64,000 nt of DNA, taken from positions 7,192,001-7,256,000 of the forward strand of contig NC_043015.1 of the NCBI RefSeq assembly GCF_006345805.1. Reading direction: 5' to 3'. The DNA is from Octopus sinensis. Its lineage: Eukaryota. This document shows positions 26,641 through 39,680 of the stretch, piece after piece. A program made the position numbers and the translations under genes. The notes under the pieces were generated by a model. It did not search any database. It was given only the letters and a program-made list of their open reading frames with translations, and was not told the origin of the DNA. How positions within the stretch are numbered: the first letter of the stretch is position 1; the number at the start of each line of letters is the position of its first letter.

Positions 26641-28224
26641 TATTCATTAATGAATGCCGAAAGATAGCGCCTTCCTGCTCACGCTCGTCATTGCAACTGT
26701 CTTGAATACACGTAATAGCTAACCGAATTCAAAACATTTCAGTCAAGACTTGTAGTTCAGAAGCAATGAAAGTATGAAATATATGCTTTGTACTACTGAA
26801 GCTATCTATAAAGAAAGTCGTCGGCCAAACGCAAGTCAATTATCACATGATACACAATCTTACAAAGCAATTTTAAGCTTCGAAACATTCGGGATACTGG
26901 ACGACATTTTTGTTTGCCTGAGTGCTATTATTAATTAGATATGGTATTTGTTGAACGATCCGACAAACACTTGGGAATCAATATACGAATCTTTCTGCAA
27001 AATATTGAGCCTTATTTCTCGAGTGCCAAGCAAGCGAAGAATTATCAACTTCAATTTGAAATATTATACTTTTTCGTTTTTACTCTTAGAAAAGCTTGTT
27101 GTTCATAAAACATCTATTCCGATACACTGAACTCAATTTTTTTTTAAATTTAATTTTCACGCAGTAAAAGAATGAAACGATGCGTCTCCGATCCTTCTTT
27201 AACAGCGGAGGATTGATCTCAAAGACTGTTATAATTTATCATCTGATCATTTTCCGTTGCTCCCCTCGCAAAAAACCGGCTCGGCTTGATGTTGCAGTTA
27301 GGTACAATATGAACATTCCCATTACTAAATGACGCCTCACATCTTTACTGTACAGGCATACTTCCACCTCCATATCTATATACTTGAAATTATTTTCCCG
27401 TAATATATTATTTCTTTATCGCTTGACCAACATCTATCGATACCTTGTATTACTAACACAAGTATTATATAATTACTTGTTACAATTAATCGATGATTCT
27501 TGATAAATCAATTAATAGGTTAGATGTTACATAAAAACATTTTCCCGTTATTTCCCTGATTACATAAAGATAATAACAGCCCATTTAAAATCATTCTACA
27601 AATTCATAAAGGACTCCCTCTGCGAGGGATCAAGCAAAATATAAAGCTTACGCACATTACAAGAACAAGCTATATATCACACTTCAAATGTGTTTATTTT
27701 TGTTTAAATTTCTTTTGGTATTTAATTAAAATAAATGATCGCTTTCCGAAATTACTATACATATAGAAAATAACACAGGTGCCTGAAGATTGCCTCTTAT
27801 AAATTTAGCCTGAATAAATGGTATACACATGTATGTTTGTGTGTATATGCATTATACATATATGTATATATCTATGTATACGTAGTATATGTGTGTGTGC
27901 ATTATTTACATTATTCACTTTATATATATGTATATATGTAAGTATACACAAATTCGACTTGGCATCCTCTTGAAGTAAATCGGCTTATTCTAGTATAACA
28001 ATCCAGAACGTATTTGTTGTAGGTATTGTACTGTCTGATTCTCTATCTTAAGAAATTCTAATTAGAAATTTCTTCCATGTTTATCCAACATATTTATCCA
28101 ACTATTCGTTTTCACAAATGAAACATCTGTGATGGTGAATAAATAATAACAATAACTTTTGTAGATTCCTGTTTTGATATATATGTATCCTTCTATATAT
28201 CTATCTATCTATGCATCTATTTAC

Positions 28225-28258
<34 letters not shown>

Positions 28259-28584
28259 CCTATCTATTTATCTATCTATGTATCTATGTATCTATTTTTC
28301 TATCTATCTAGTTAGCTAGCTATTTATCTATCTATCTATCTATCAATCAATATCATCGTTATCTCCTCCTTCTTCTTCTCGTTTTCCTCGTCTTCCTCTT
28401 CATTGTAAGAATTCTCGCGGAAGTTCATTAACACTAGGTTATCTCCGTAATCACAATAACGACATCTTTGTTTATATATTCACCGCTTTTCTTCTACTGT
28501 TATCCATTTAATTATCACAGATTATGACTTTTAAGATTTGCATTAAAAACTACCGAACGTCTTTCGAAAATTTACAAGTAGCAA

Positions 28585-28595
28585 AGATATATATA

Positions 28596-28649
<54 letters not shown>

Positions 28650-29064
28650 ATATGTATATATATATGTATATATATATAAGACATACATATATATACACAT
28701 ATACATTATATGTATGTATATATGTATATATATATGTATATATATAAAGACATACATATATATACACATTACATATATATGTATGTATGTATGTATATAT
28801 ATATATATATATATATAAAGACATACATATATATATACACATACATATATGTATGTATGTATATATATATATATATATTAATATATATATATATATAAAG
28901 ACATACATATATATACACATATATCTGTATGTATGTATGTATATATATAATATATATAATATTAAAAGACATACATATATATACACATATATGTATGTAT
29001 GTATGTATATATATATATATATATATAAAGACATACATATATATACAATATATATGTATGTATG

Positions 29065-29124
<60 letters not shown>

Positions 29125-29125
29125 C
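28585..29125. repeat. TA-rich minisatellite, six copies of an aagacatacatatat...atgtatgtatg unit
   Basis: aagacatacatatatatac recurs near 28678, 28746, 28818, 28897, 28966 and 29027. Confidence 0.9.
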
Positions 29126-29984
29126 CATACGTATTTGTATGTATATCTAGTGTTGAGTTCTATAATGTAATTGTAATTATTTGCTGTCAGGTCTGTTTGT
29201 TTGCTCTCGTAATTTCCCTTGCTGTTATCAAGATAATCATTTGTGTCATTTTTCTACTTGGTTTTTCTTGTCATTTACATTTTATAAACGTACGTGAGAT
29301 TTGATTAATGAGTAGCAAAATAAATATTTGTACATAACATCTGCTTTTTTTTCTTTATATTCATGGTTTGTTTGTTTTCTTCTTATATTTAAATACTTTC
29401 GTTTTGTAATATCTCTACGTTCTTTCTAATTCTTTTTATTAGCTACTGATGAAGAACATTCTATTTAAGAATTATAATTAAATATTTAATCGAAATATCT
29501 CTTAGTTTTAATGTTAAATCCATTGCGCCATTTATAACAAGTAATGAATAAATTCTCAATGTTTTTCAACCTACGACAAGGTTAAAATTAAATTATTTCT
29601 GATGCTCGTTTATTTATATGACATAAGTTTCATGACAGTCGTATTAAAATATAAAACAGTCTATATCACCTTTCTCTGTTTAGGTTTTTAATTTTCCTTC
29701 ATTTGAATTCATTACAAGACCAAGTATGTCCGCACATCTTCCATAATCAAATTTACTTATTCTATTCAAACTCTAGAATTATATATATATATATATATGT
29801 ATATAAGTTACGTGATGTGTATAAAAGTACAACATGTAATGATTAAATTAGAACACAATATAATTCATTATAATCAAGAACTACCCCTAGAAAGCCAGTC
29901 AATATGACATAGGTTCTGAGAGCATTTAAGTCTGTACTTTGTAATACTAATACAATATAAATCTATATTATGTAATAAGACTAC

Positions 29985-30189
29985 TACTACTACTAATAAT
30001 AATAACATTAATAACAATAATAACATTAATAATAATAACAATAATAACAATAATAACAATAATAACATTATACAATAATAACAATAATAACATTAATAAC
30101 ATTAATAATAATAACAATAATAACAATAATAACAATAATAACATTAATAACAATAATAACAATAATAACATTAATAACATTAATAATAA

Positions 30190-30224
<35 letters not shown>

Positions 30225-30243
30225 TCAACAACAACATCAACAT

Positions 30244-30275
<32 letters not shown>

Positions 30276-30303
30276 TCATCAACAACATCAACAACATCAA
30301 CAT

Positions 30304-30341
<38 letters not shown>

Positions 30342-30382
30342 TCAACATCAACATCAACATCAACAACAACAACAACAACAAC

Positions 30383-30432
<50 letters not shown>
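29985..30432. repeat. (AAT)/(AAC)/(ATCAAC) compound array
   Basis: Directly visible. Confidence 0.95.
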
Positions 30433-30434
<2 letters not shown>

Positions 30435-30449
30435 TTGCTGCAGCTGCCG

Positions 30450-30680
30450 CTCAAATTCAAGCGAAGATTACAGAATTTACGATTGTAGTTTAGTAATTGC
30501 TCAAGGCGCCTGAGTAGAATTCAAAGGATGAAAATCTCAGGACCCAGTCAGAGAAATGAAGAGATTGTGCAAGTCTAAAAAGGCAATTATTCCTGTGGTT
30601 ATTCTCAAAAGGCTCAAAAAGCTGCTTAAGAGGGTGAAGAATATCAGAATTCTGACATTCATAGCACAGTCGTTAATTTT
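30450..30680 (+). mobile_element. Dong/R4-clade LINE RLE fragment, degraded
   Basis: aaatctcaggacccagtcagagaaatgaagagattgtgc (cf. KYQDL.REIKRLW) followed by KKAIIPVVI; directly downstream of (AAT)n. Confidence 0.6.
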
Positions 30681-31099
30681 GAGGGACGGTATATTCGCGT
30701 GTGTGTGTGTGTGTGTGTGCATGTATATATGTGTCTGTGTGTATGTATCTATGTATGTATGAAGTGGCTGTAGAAGTTTGTAGAGGAACACTTGGTCGCT
30801 ATACCAAACGCCAAGAAAACATTTATAACAATAAAGAATATAAAATTCAGAATTGTCTGCAAAACCATTATAGATTGCAGCACCACGTAGATTTCTGTTG
30901 TTAGTCTTTAAATATCCCGATTATGGAAATACTGCATGAATGATTTACAGAATTATGTAGTTCAACAAAGACAACTGAAATGAAAAAAGAGGATGTAAGA
31001 AGAGAATTTTTGGCTTATCATTGTGGCATAGGGCAGTTTGACAATAATCAATATATGTTGAGATGAAAGTGCGGATGATTTTTGTCTTCCCTTCATATA

Positions 31100-31413
31100 T
31101 ATATACTATATTATATATATATATATGCATATATATATATATATATATATATGCATATATATATATATATATATATATTGCATATATATATATATATATA
31201 TATATATGCATTTATATATATATATATATATATGCATATATATATATATATATATATATGCATATATATATATATATATATATGCATATATATATATATA
31301 TATGCATATAATATATATATATGCATATATATATATATATGCATATATATATATATATGCATATATATATATATATATGCATATATATATATATGCATAT
31401 ATATATATATAGC

Positions 31414-31447
<34 letters not shown>

Positions 31448-31472
31448 GCATATTATATATATGTATATATAC

Positions 31473-31505
<33 letters not shown>

Positions 31506-32037
31506 GCATATATATATATATACTAGCAGTATCGCCCGGCGTTGCTCAGGCTTGTAAGGGAATAAACTATAAAGCATCTTTAGAGAGTTATAGCCAAAAA
31601 ATAGCAAAAAAATGGAAAAAAAATGATGGTAAATTTTTTTTTGAGAGTAAAAAAAGGTTGAGTGCGTCCCCTAGACAGTCTGTGGTTTGTTTTTTTTTAT
31701 TCTCGACCCCATGTCGAATTTATCGATTTTTTCAGAACTGGGAGAGAACTTTTCAAAATTTTCGCTCTGTTGCGTAGTTTTTGAATTATGACATTGGGCT
31801 ATGCGTGTGTCAAGTTTCATCAGAATCGGTTGAAAGCCGTGGTCAGGGTGAGGGTACGAGAAAACAGCACACAGAAACACGCACAGACAAACTGCCGTTT
31901 ATATATAGAGAGATATACATATATACTATATATAGCATATGCCATATATATTATAATATATGCATATATATATATATTATATATATATATGCTATATATA
32001 TAGCATATATATATAATGCATATATATATATATATGC

Positions 32038-32068
<31 letters not shown>

Positions 32069-33384
32069 CATATATATATATATCTATATTATATATTATA
32101 TATGCCATATTATATATGCATATATAATATATATATATGCATAATATATATATATATATGCATATATATATATATATATATTTATATATTGCATATATAT
32201 ATATATATATGCATATATATATATATATATATATGCCATATATATATATGCATATATATATATATAATATGCATATATATATATAATATGCATATATATA
32301 TATGCATATATATATATATATGCATATATATAATATATATGCATATATATATATGCATATATATGCATATATATATGCATATATATATTATGCATTATAT
32401 ATATATATATATGCATATATATATGCATATATATATATGCATATATATATATATATGCATAATATATATATGCATATATATATATGCATATATATATATA
32501 TATGCATATATATATATATGCATATATATATATATGCATATATATATATATATATATGAATATATATATATATTGCATATGCATATATATATATATATAT
32601 GCATATTATATATATATGCATATATATATATGCATATATATATATATATATACATATAATATATATATATATGCATATATATATATATATATATGCATAT
32701 ATATATATATATGCATATATATATATATTATGCATATATATATATATTATATGCATATATAATATATATATGCATATATATATATATATATGCATATATA
32801 ATATATATGCATATATATATATTATATGCATATATATATCTATATATGATATATATATATATATATATGCATATATATATATATATATGCATATATATAT
32901 AATATGCATATATATATATATATATATGCATATATATATATATATATGCATATATATATATATATGCATTATATATATATATGAATATGATATATATATA
33001 TATATGCATATATATATATATATATATGCATTATATATATTATATTATATATGCATATATATATATATATATATATATGCATATATTATGCATATATAAT
33101 ATATATATGCATATATATAATTATATATATATGCATATATATATATATATATATATATATGCATATATATATATATGCATATATATATATATGCATATAT
33201 ATATATATGCATATATATAATATGCATATATATATATATAGATATATGCATATTATATAATATATATATGCATATATATATATATATATATTATATATGC
33301 ATATATATATATATATATATATATGCATATATATATATATTATATATATGCATATATATATATATATATATTATATGCATATAT

Positions 33385-33424
<40 letters not shown>

Positions 33425-33518
33425 ATATATATATATATATATATATGCATATATATATATGCATTATATATATATATATATATATATGCATATATATTAT
33501 ATATATAATATATATGCA
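31100..33518. repeat. About 2.4 kb (AT)n-GC-(AT)n array (tatatgcatata units) interrupted by a transposon
   Basis: Many copies of atgcat separated by variable TA runs. Confidence 0.95.
31522..31914 (+). mobile_element. Non-autonomous Helitron-like element (Lep1-type termini)
   Basis: Starts actagcagtatcgcccggcgttgctc and ends tttatatatagagagat; no TIR or TSD; inserted in a TA tract. Class inferred from the termini. Confidence 0.6.
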
Positions 33519-33656
33519 ACAGGCTTCTTTCAGTTTCCGTCTACCAAATCCACACAGATCAGCCCGATAATGTAATGGAAGTAACTTGACCAAGTTACCA
33601 CGCAGGAGGATCGAACCCGAACCATATCGCTGGGAAGCTAGCATCTTACCACACAG
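33518..33656 (-). mobile_element. SINE family 1, 5' half, diverged
   Basis: ggcttctttcagtttccgtctaccaaatccac...cttaccacaca. Confidence 0.85.
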
Positions 33657-34577
33657 GTTTGTATTGATAATGACTTACAAGTTACGCACAGCTAAGCTAT
33701 CATTGGACAGTTTAATAGTGGGTTAGCTGGCCGAAACATCGACGTCATTTTCAATACTTGTTAAAAAACATTAAATTTGTACTTTGCCAAAAGTATTAAT
33801 TAATCATTCAAGTACATACCGATGTATGTATGTATGTAAGTATGTAGGCAGGCAGGCAGGTAGGTAGGTAGATATGCAGGTAGGTACGTACGTAGGTCGG
33901 TACATAAGTAGGTAGTCCCTTTCACATACTGAAACAATTGTGTCCACTGACTTCCACAAAGTATTTCGCTAAAATATCTCCAACATTGAGAGAGTTCGCG
34001 CAAAGTTATTGTAAAATGCGTGCGCTGAATTGTTTGCGTGCTTGTATCAAAGTGCAAATGAGTGGGTGTGAGATTGTGTAAAATATTTAAAGTGATTGAG
34101 CGACAGAATGGATGAGCTTCCTCGTATGTCTTACAGACACCATCGAAATCATAAGGGCAGTACTTAGCGAATATCTCCTCGAACTTTAATAAGATTTACA
34201 AGTTCAAGTAGGAAAGAATATTCCACTCACAAGAAGCACATATGTTCCTTCGAGTGAAGCTAATTATTATTTATACAAGATTTAAATGATGACGTAAAAC
34301 AATACGGTTGAAGATATGATTCATACCAGTAAATTAGGCGGGTTGCGTACGGTAGATAACGGGATATAAATGTAAAACCATCTATAAGTAGGCTGACTGA
34401 TATAACAAGTGAAGGAGCGGCTTCTAATGTATTAAAGGAGTTCAAAATTTCTATCCTGTAATTTGAGAATTTGATACAAAATAAACAGCTGCTACCAGGG
34501 ATGTGTGTGTGTGTGTATGTGTGTGTATACTATTCACTTGTATGTTTAAATACATATATATATATATATACACGTTT

Positions 34578-34858
34578 GGTGTGGCTGTGTAGTTCGAAGG
34601 TGGCTTGCTAATCACATGGTTTGGGGTTCAGCCCCACTGCGTGACACATTGCGCTAGTTTCTTCAACTATAGCCTCGGCCCCATCAAAGCCTTGTGGGTG
34701 GATATGGTAGACGGAAACCGAAAGAAGCCCGTCATATAAATATATATATATTATATACACATATACATATATATGTGCGTGTGTGAGTATATTTCTGTGC
34801 ATGTGTTTGTCCTCTAACATCGCTTGTTTGTTCCCGTAACTTAGCGGTTCGACAAAAC
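34578..34858 (+). mobile_element. SINE family 1 copy, 3' truncated
   Basis: ggggttcagccccactgcgtg...ggtagacggaaaccgaaagaagcccgtc...cccgtaacttagcggttcg. Confidence 0.9.
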
Positions 34859-34884
34859 GCTCTTAAGCTGCTGCTCCTTAAAAC

Positions 34885-35110
34885 CAATAAAATGAATCTT
34901 TTCCACTCTAGGAACAAAGCATGAAATTTTGGGGGAGGGCGCCAACCGAGGACATTGCCCCCATTACGCAACTTGTACTTAATTTATCTACCACGAAAAA
35001 ACGAAATGCAAAGTCACCCCGACAGAATTTGAACTCAGAACGTAAAGACAGACGCTATGCCGCTAAGCATTTCGCCCAGCATGCTAACACCTCTGCCAGC
35101 TCGCCGCCTT
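34885..35110 (-). mobile_element. SINE family 2 copy (ctctagg tail type)
   Basis: cttttccactctaggaacaaagc...gaatttgaactcagaacgtaaagacagacg...ctctgccagctcgccgcc. Confidence 0.9.
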
Positions 35111-35289
35111 GAAACAAATAAAAGAATAAAAGAATTATGGTTATCGTCCCTGCATGTGAAAACCTGGAGAGTTTCGTTACCTGAAACAATTTATGATACT
35201 GTTGGATAGCACAGGGTGAATCTGAAGGAAGGCGAGCTATGTATAGTACCCTACTATGTTCTTAACAGAATATAACCCAACTCTGTGTG

Positions 35290-35328
<39 letters not shown>

Positions 35329-35382
35329 GTGTGTGTGTGTGTGTATACACATATATATATATACATAGGTGTGTGTATACAC

Positions 35383-35413
<31 letters not shown>

Positions 35414-35559
35414 GGTGTGTACACGTGTGTATATAAATGCATACATTATATACATACATATATATATACATATATACACACATAAGTTATGGGTAAATAT
35501 ATTGGTTCTGTGAGTATTTCATTCTAGCGACGTTTTCTTCAGAATCCCAGAAAGACGGT

Positions 35560-35792
35560 TTGTCACATCCGTGGCCTACCATGTATGGCACCTCAAAGAT
35601 CAAGGGACCCGTGTGATATCAGGTGGAAATTAATTGAAGTGGCCGTACATTAATGAAAGTGGCCGTGGCAATACCTACATCGTGGAGAGAGCCAAAATTC
35701 TTAAGGACTATAAGAAACCTGTCGCATTAAACAGCCGTAAAGACGTGTTTTCTAAATGTACCCTCTTCAAGCGCTACCTGTTTGCTAGTTAG
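35560..35792 (+). pseudogene. Penelope-like element, C-terminal part of the GIY-YIG endonuclease domain (frameshifted)
   Basis: TSVAYHVWHLKDQG / IRWKLIEVA / SGRGNTYIVERAKILKDYKKPVALNSRKDVFSKCTLFKRYLFAS* parallels the PLE C-terminus LSK.IW.LK...I.W.I...C.LC..EK..I...LN.R.E.FSKC. Confidence 0.7.
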
Positions 35793-35829
35793 GCCTCTTC
35801 GAGTCTATAAGAGTCTCTCGCTCTTCGAG

Positions 35830-36100
35830 TTATGCCTCTTCGAGTGGTCTCTCGCTCAATTGCGCCCCATACATCAATAATCAAATGGATTGCAGTCTGG
35901 GTAGGGAGGTGGCCTGATATTAGGGATGATGTGGTCGCAGAAATTTTCTGACAGCTTTGACTGGCTTCTCCTGATTTTGTGGCATGGTGGAGGGTCCTGT
36001 TGCTGATATAGGATCTTCCAGTAGCCACCTGCTTGACCCAGGGCACCTCTACATCCGCCAGGCAATTGACGTAGGCAAGTGATCACTTCAAACACCATGA
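35830..36100 (-). mobile_element. Tc1/mariner DD37D (maT-type) transposase fragment
   Basis: PWVKQVATGRSY / YQQQDPPPCHKIRRSQSKLSENFCDHIIPNIRPPPYPDCNPFDY / VWGAIERET correspond to QQD.AP.H...WPP.SPD.NP.DY.VWG. Confidence 0.8.
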
Positions 36101-36292
36101 TGTTCACTGGAGTTTTGACTTTATCGCTCTCAGTATATGTTTTCGAGACACATCAAGCAAACGGTTGCTCTGTGTGTTCACAAAATAATATAGTCTGTTC
36201 AGGTTATATTATTAGCATTATCCTGCGTTTGAGAATTTAAAATCACTTCTTTAATTTTCTAAGACGTGCTAACGCTTCTAAAGCAAACTTCG

Positions 36293-36489
36293 TATGATGG
36301 GGTGCTGAAAAGTTCCTGGTTTCAAAGGTTTTGTGCAAGACCGGGCTGGTTGCCAAAAGTTCCGAGCTCTTTTATATGGCTTAGAAAAACTGAAGGACTG
36401 CTGCAATATATGTGTGATTCTGACAAATATTTTAGATAAAAGCATTTGATATTACCGAAAGTCAGGAACATGTCAACAACACCAACGCA
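36293..36489 (+). mobile_element. Mariner-derived MITE of about 200 bp
   Basis: Left tatgatggggtgctgaaaagttcctgg and degenerate right gtcaggaacatgtcaacaacaccaacgca; interior ggcttagaaaaactgaaggactgctgcaat reads GLEKLKDCCN, like a mariner C-terminus. Confidence 0.6.
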
Positions 36490-36934
36490 CATACACACAC
36501 CAGCATACACGCAAACACACACATACACACTTATCATACTGATTTTTTTTGTTATTTATGCGAGCGTTTCAGTGCGTGTGTGCGTGTACGTGTTTGTGTG
36601 TGTTTGTATGTTTGTGTGTATGTGTGTGTGTGAGTGTGTACGTGCGTCTGCGTGTAATTCTGTGGTTTTTGCTTTCCATTGATGTTATCTTTTTAACGTT
36701 TTTAATTAAATTTTTATTTACCGATTGCCAATCAAATTGAAAAGAAACAAGTGTGACCACAGACAATAATAAACGTCACAGCGAATTTTATCATTTCTCA
36801 AAGAATATTGTTCCAGACGAATTTTATCATTTCCAAATATGTTCTATTTTAAAGTCTTTTTTAATAAACATGACATAATGAGTGAATTCCAACAATTATT
36901 TCCATTTTTGGTAAATATCCACATACTCAATACC

Positions 36935-37060
36935 CTCGACCCCAGTATGTGACTGGTACAATATTTTATCGATCTCATGAGGCTTAAAGGCAATGCTCAC
37001 TTCCATGGGATTTGAATTCAGAACGTAAAGAGATGGAAGAATAACGGTAAGTCAACATTC
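36935..37060 (-). mobile_element. SINE family 2 fragment
   Basis: tcgaccccagtatgtgactggtac...gatttgaattcagaacgtaaag. Confidence 0.75.
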
Positions 37061-37074
37061 CTGACTCCCTAGAG

Positions 37075-37712
37075 TAGTAGTTCTCAACTGGGGTTCATCT
37101 CAGCTTTTGTTGTTGAAATTTCTGTACAATTTCTGAACACTTCTGCAGGAGTGGTTGTGTGGTAAGTAGCTTGTTTACTAACCACATGGTTCCGGGTTCA
37201 GTCCCACTGCGTGGCACCTTGGGCAAGTGTCTTCTACAATAGCCTCGGGCCGACCAAAGCCTTGTGAGTGGATTTGGTAGACGGAAACTGAAAGAAGCCC
37301 GTCGTATATATGTATGTATGTGCGTGTATGTTTGTATGTCTGTGTTTGTCCCCCTAGCATTGCTTGACAACCGATGCTGGTGTGTTTATGTCCCCGTCAC
37401 TTAGCGGTTCGGCAAAAGAGACCGATAGAATAAGTTCTGGGCTTACAAAGAATAAGTCTTGGGGTCGAGTTGCTCGATTAAGGCGGTGCTCCAGCATGGC
37501 TGCAGTCAAAATGACTGAAACAAGTAAAAGAAAAAGCGAATAAATCTGATACAATATACAAAACGCTTTTTTAAAAAATTAAACTATTCCTTATGATATT
37601 TAATTATGAAAATACAAGAGGATCTTCTTATACATCGAATGGCTATGGAGGTCCAGGAGAGTAAATTAGAAACGAAAGGGGTCCATAGACAAAAACTGTT
37701 TGAGAATTACAG
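37075..37712. mobile_element. hAT (Charlie-like) MITE with an 8 bp target-site duplication, containing a nested SINE
   Basis: Termini tagtagttctcaac and gtttgagaattacag; flanks ccctagag (37067-37074) and ctctagag (37713-37720) fit the NTCTAGAN target of Charlie-type hATs. Confidence 0.65.
37143..37535 (+). mobile_element. SINE family 1, full length, low divergence
   Basis: Complete head, central domain, TA/TG tract and 3' tail gctccagcatggctgcagtcaaaatgactgaaacaagtaaaag. Confidence 0.95.
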
Positions 37713-38269
37713 CTCTAGAGTGTAAGCTAGATTGCTTCTCTTGTGTATTACGGTATTATAAAACACAAGCGTACGTCTACGTTTCTTCAGATGAAGCTCA
37801 AGATTTTTAATTACATAATCTAGATAATATAATTAACAATCTGGATTAAGATAAGATTAAAGCTAATACAATATGTCGAAAGCTCACTAGAAAAAAAAAG
37901 CAAATTTAGAAAATATAAGAATAATACAATGCACAGAAGAATATGAAAGATTATTCTAATGGATATAAAAAATGGAAGAGTAGTTTCCAAACACATGATT
38001 CAGGGAGTTCAGAACTTGGGTAATCTGATATAATGTAAACAGCAGCTGCCCGGGTTTCCCCACAGGAACATATATGTATAAATACATACATATATTTTTT
38101 AAGACTGCAGTCAGAAACTTGAGCGTGGTATCCAATTTAATGCTAAACCAATGGGGCAAATGTTACATATAGAGATCCGCGCGGGCGCGCATATATACAC
38201 AAACACGCGTACGCTTCCCACACACACAAAAAAAACATTCACATACGTACGTAAATATAAAAACAAGTA

Positions 38270-38810
38270 TTTATAACTTGACACACACACACACATATAT
38301 ATATATACAAGCACAAAGATACACACATACATAGATATACACACATATATATATACACATACAAAAATAGATATACATATATATATAGTTATATATATAT
38401 ATACAAATATATATAAATATACAAATATATATATATATACATAACTATATAAATACATATAAATATACAAATATATATATATATATATATACATACATTA
38501 TATACATATATATATATATACATAAACACATTATATACATATATATATATATACATAAACACACACTCACACACAATATATATATATATATATTATATAT
38601 ACATATCCACGTATATATCATATGAAACATACACAGGGATGTATAAATATGTATGCGCAAGTTTTTGTGGTTTCGTGAGAGTCCGTGAGCGTATTTTGGT
38701 TTACAAATTTCTCCTCTTTTTCTTTCTCTCTCTATCTATCTATACATCCATCCATCTAACTATCTATCATTCTATCTATCTATCTATCTATCTATATACA
38801 CACACACACA
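38270..38810. repeat. (CA)/(TA)/(TATC) compound microsatellite
   Basis: Directly visible. Confidence 0.9.
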
Positions 38811-39467
38811 CGCTTTCATGCATACATAACGCACAATATTGTGTGCGATCAGACCATTGCGTGACGTTTTGTTTAATATTTCCAAGCTTTTATTTATTTT
38901 CATTCACTGAGGTTTTAAATGAGCCAAATAGAAGAAGGTAGACAAAACAAAACGACCACAATCTCTTCGTTTCTAAAAGACCAGATGTGAAATGTTTTCG
39001 ATGCAAATATTTAAGGATCTAGACATGGTGAATGAACGCTCAGTACCGAACCTTTATTTATTTATATATATATATATATTTCTTTATTTATTGTTATTTA
39101 TAGTAAAAATCTTATGTATGTACCTGTCCGGTGTGTTGCAAAGTTACAACTCACGCTGCAGTAGTCCTTCGTAGCAGACTGTGAGACTATTTGATCTCGC
39201 CTATTTCTGTTGCTTCTACCAATATCATGAAAACATAAAACTCCACCAGTAACTAGTGTTTTTGTTCGTCTCAAAACATCATATGGTTTTTCACCTCGAG
39301 GACTGCATATCAGGTTGCAGGTTTTGCACAGTAGTACAAGGAATATAACACAATATAAACAGAATGAAACAGATGTAAAGTGATACACACTGATACAGAC
39401 ACACACTCACACACACATATATCGGTGTGTAGGGGTGTGCACACGCGCGTCTGCATGTGTGTGTGTG

Positions 39468-39511
<44 letters not shown>

Positions 39512-39599
39512 GTGTGTGTGCAGGCACGCGTGCGCTGAGAAGCATATGGTCATATTCGACACATGCATATAAACATACACACATATATATATATATAAA

Positions 39600-39600
39600 T

Positions 39601-39678
<78 letters not shown>

Positions 39679-39680
39679 GA
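39600..39680. repeat. (GATA)n microsatellite
   Basis: Near-perfect atag array. Confidence 0.98.

Noticed and set aside
30780-31095. Possible mariner TIR (minus tatgaagggaagacaaaaatcatccgcac) with a decayed interior
   Set aside because: No matching second TIR or convincing transposase motif found.
31063-33575. Many long Y/I/C/A/H-rich ORFs (also at 13121-13571, 15529-15988, 22099-22565, 28543-29170, 47285-48113, 54790-55242)
   Set aside because: They are translations of TA/CA/TG microsatellites, which lack stop codons in several frames.
37780-37890. cagatgaag...tcgaaagctc hammerhead-like spacing
   Set aside because: The core is mutated (CAGAUGA) and stems I and II do not pair.
39220-39302. 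Minus-strand peptide PRGEKPYDVLRRTKTLVTGGVLCFHDI (GEKPY zinc-finger linker; GG...HD motif)
   Set aside because: No Cys/His spacing of a C2H2 finger around the linker, and the motifs are short enough to be chance.
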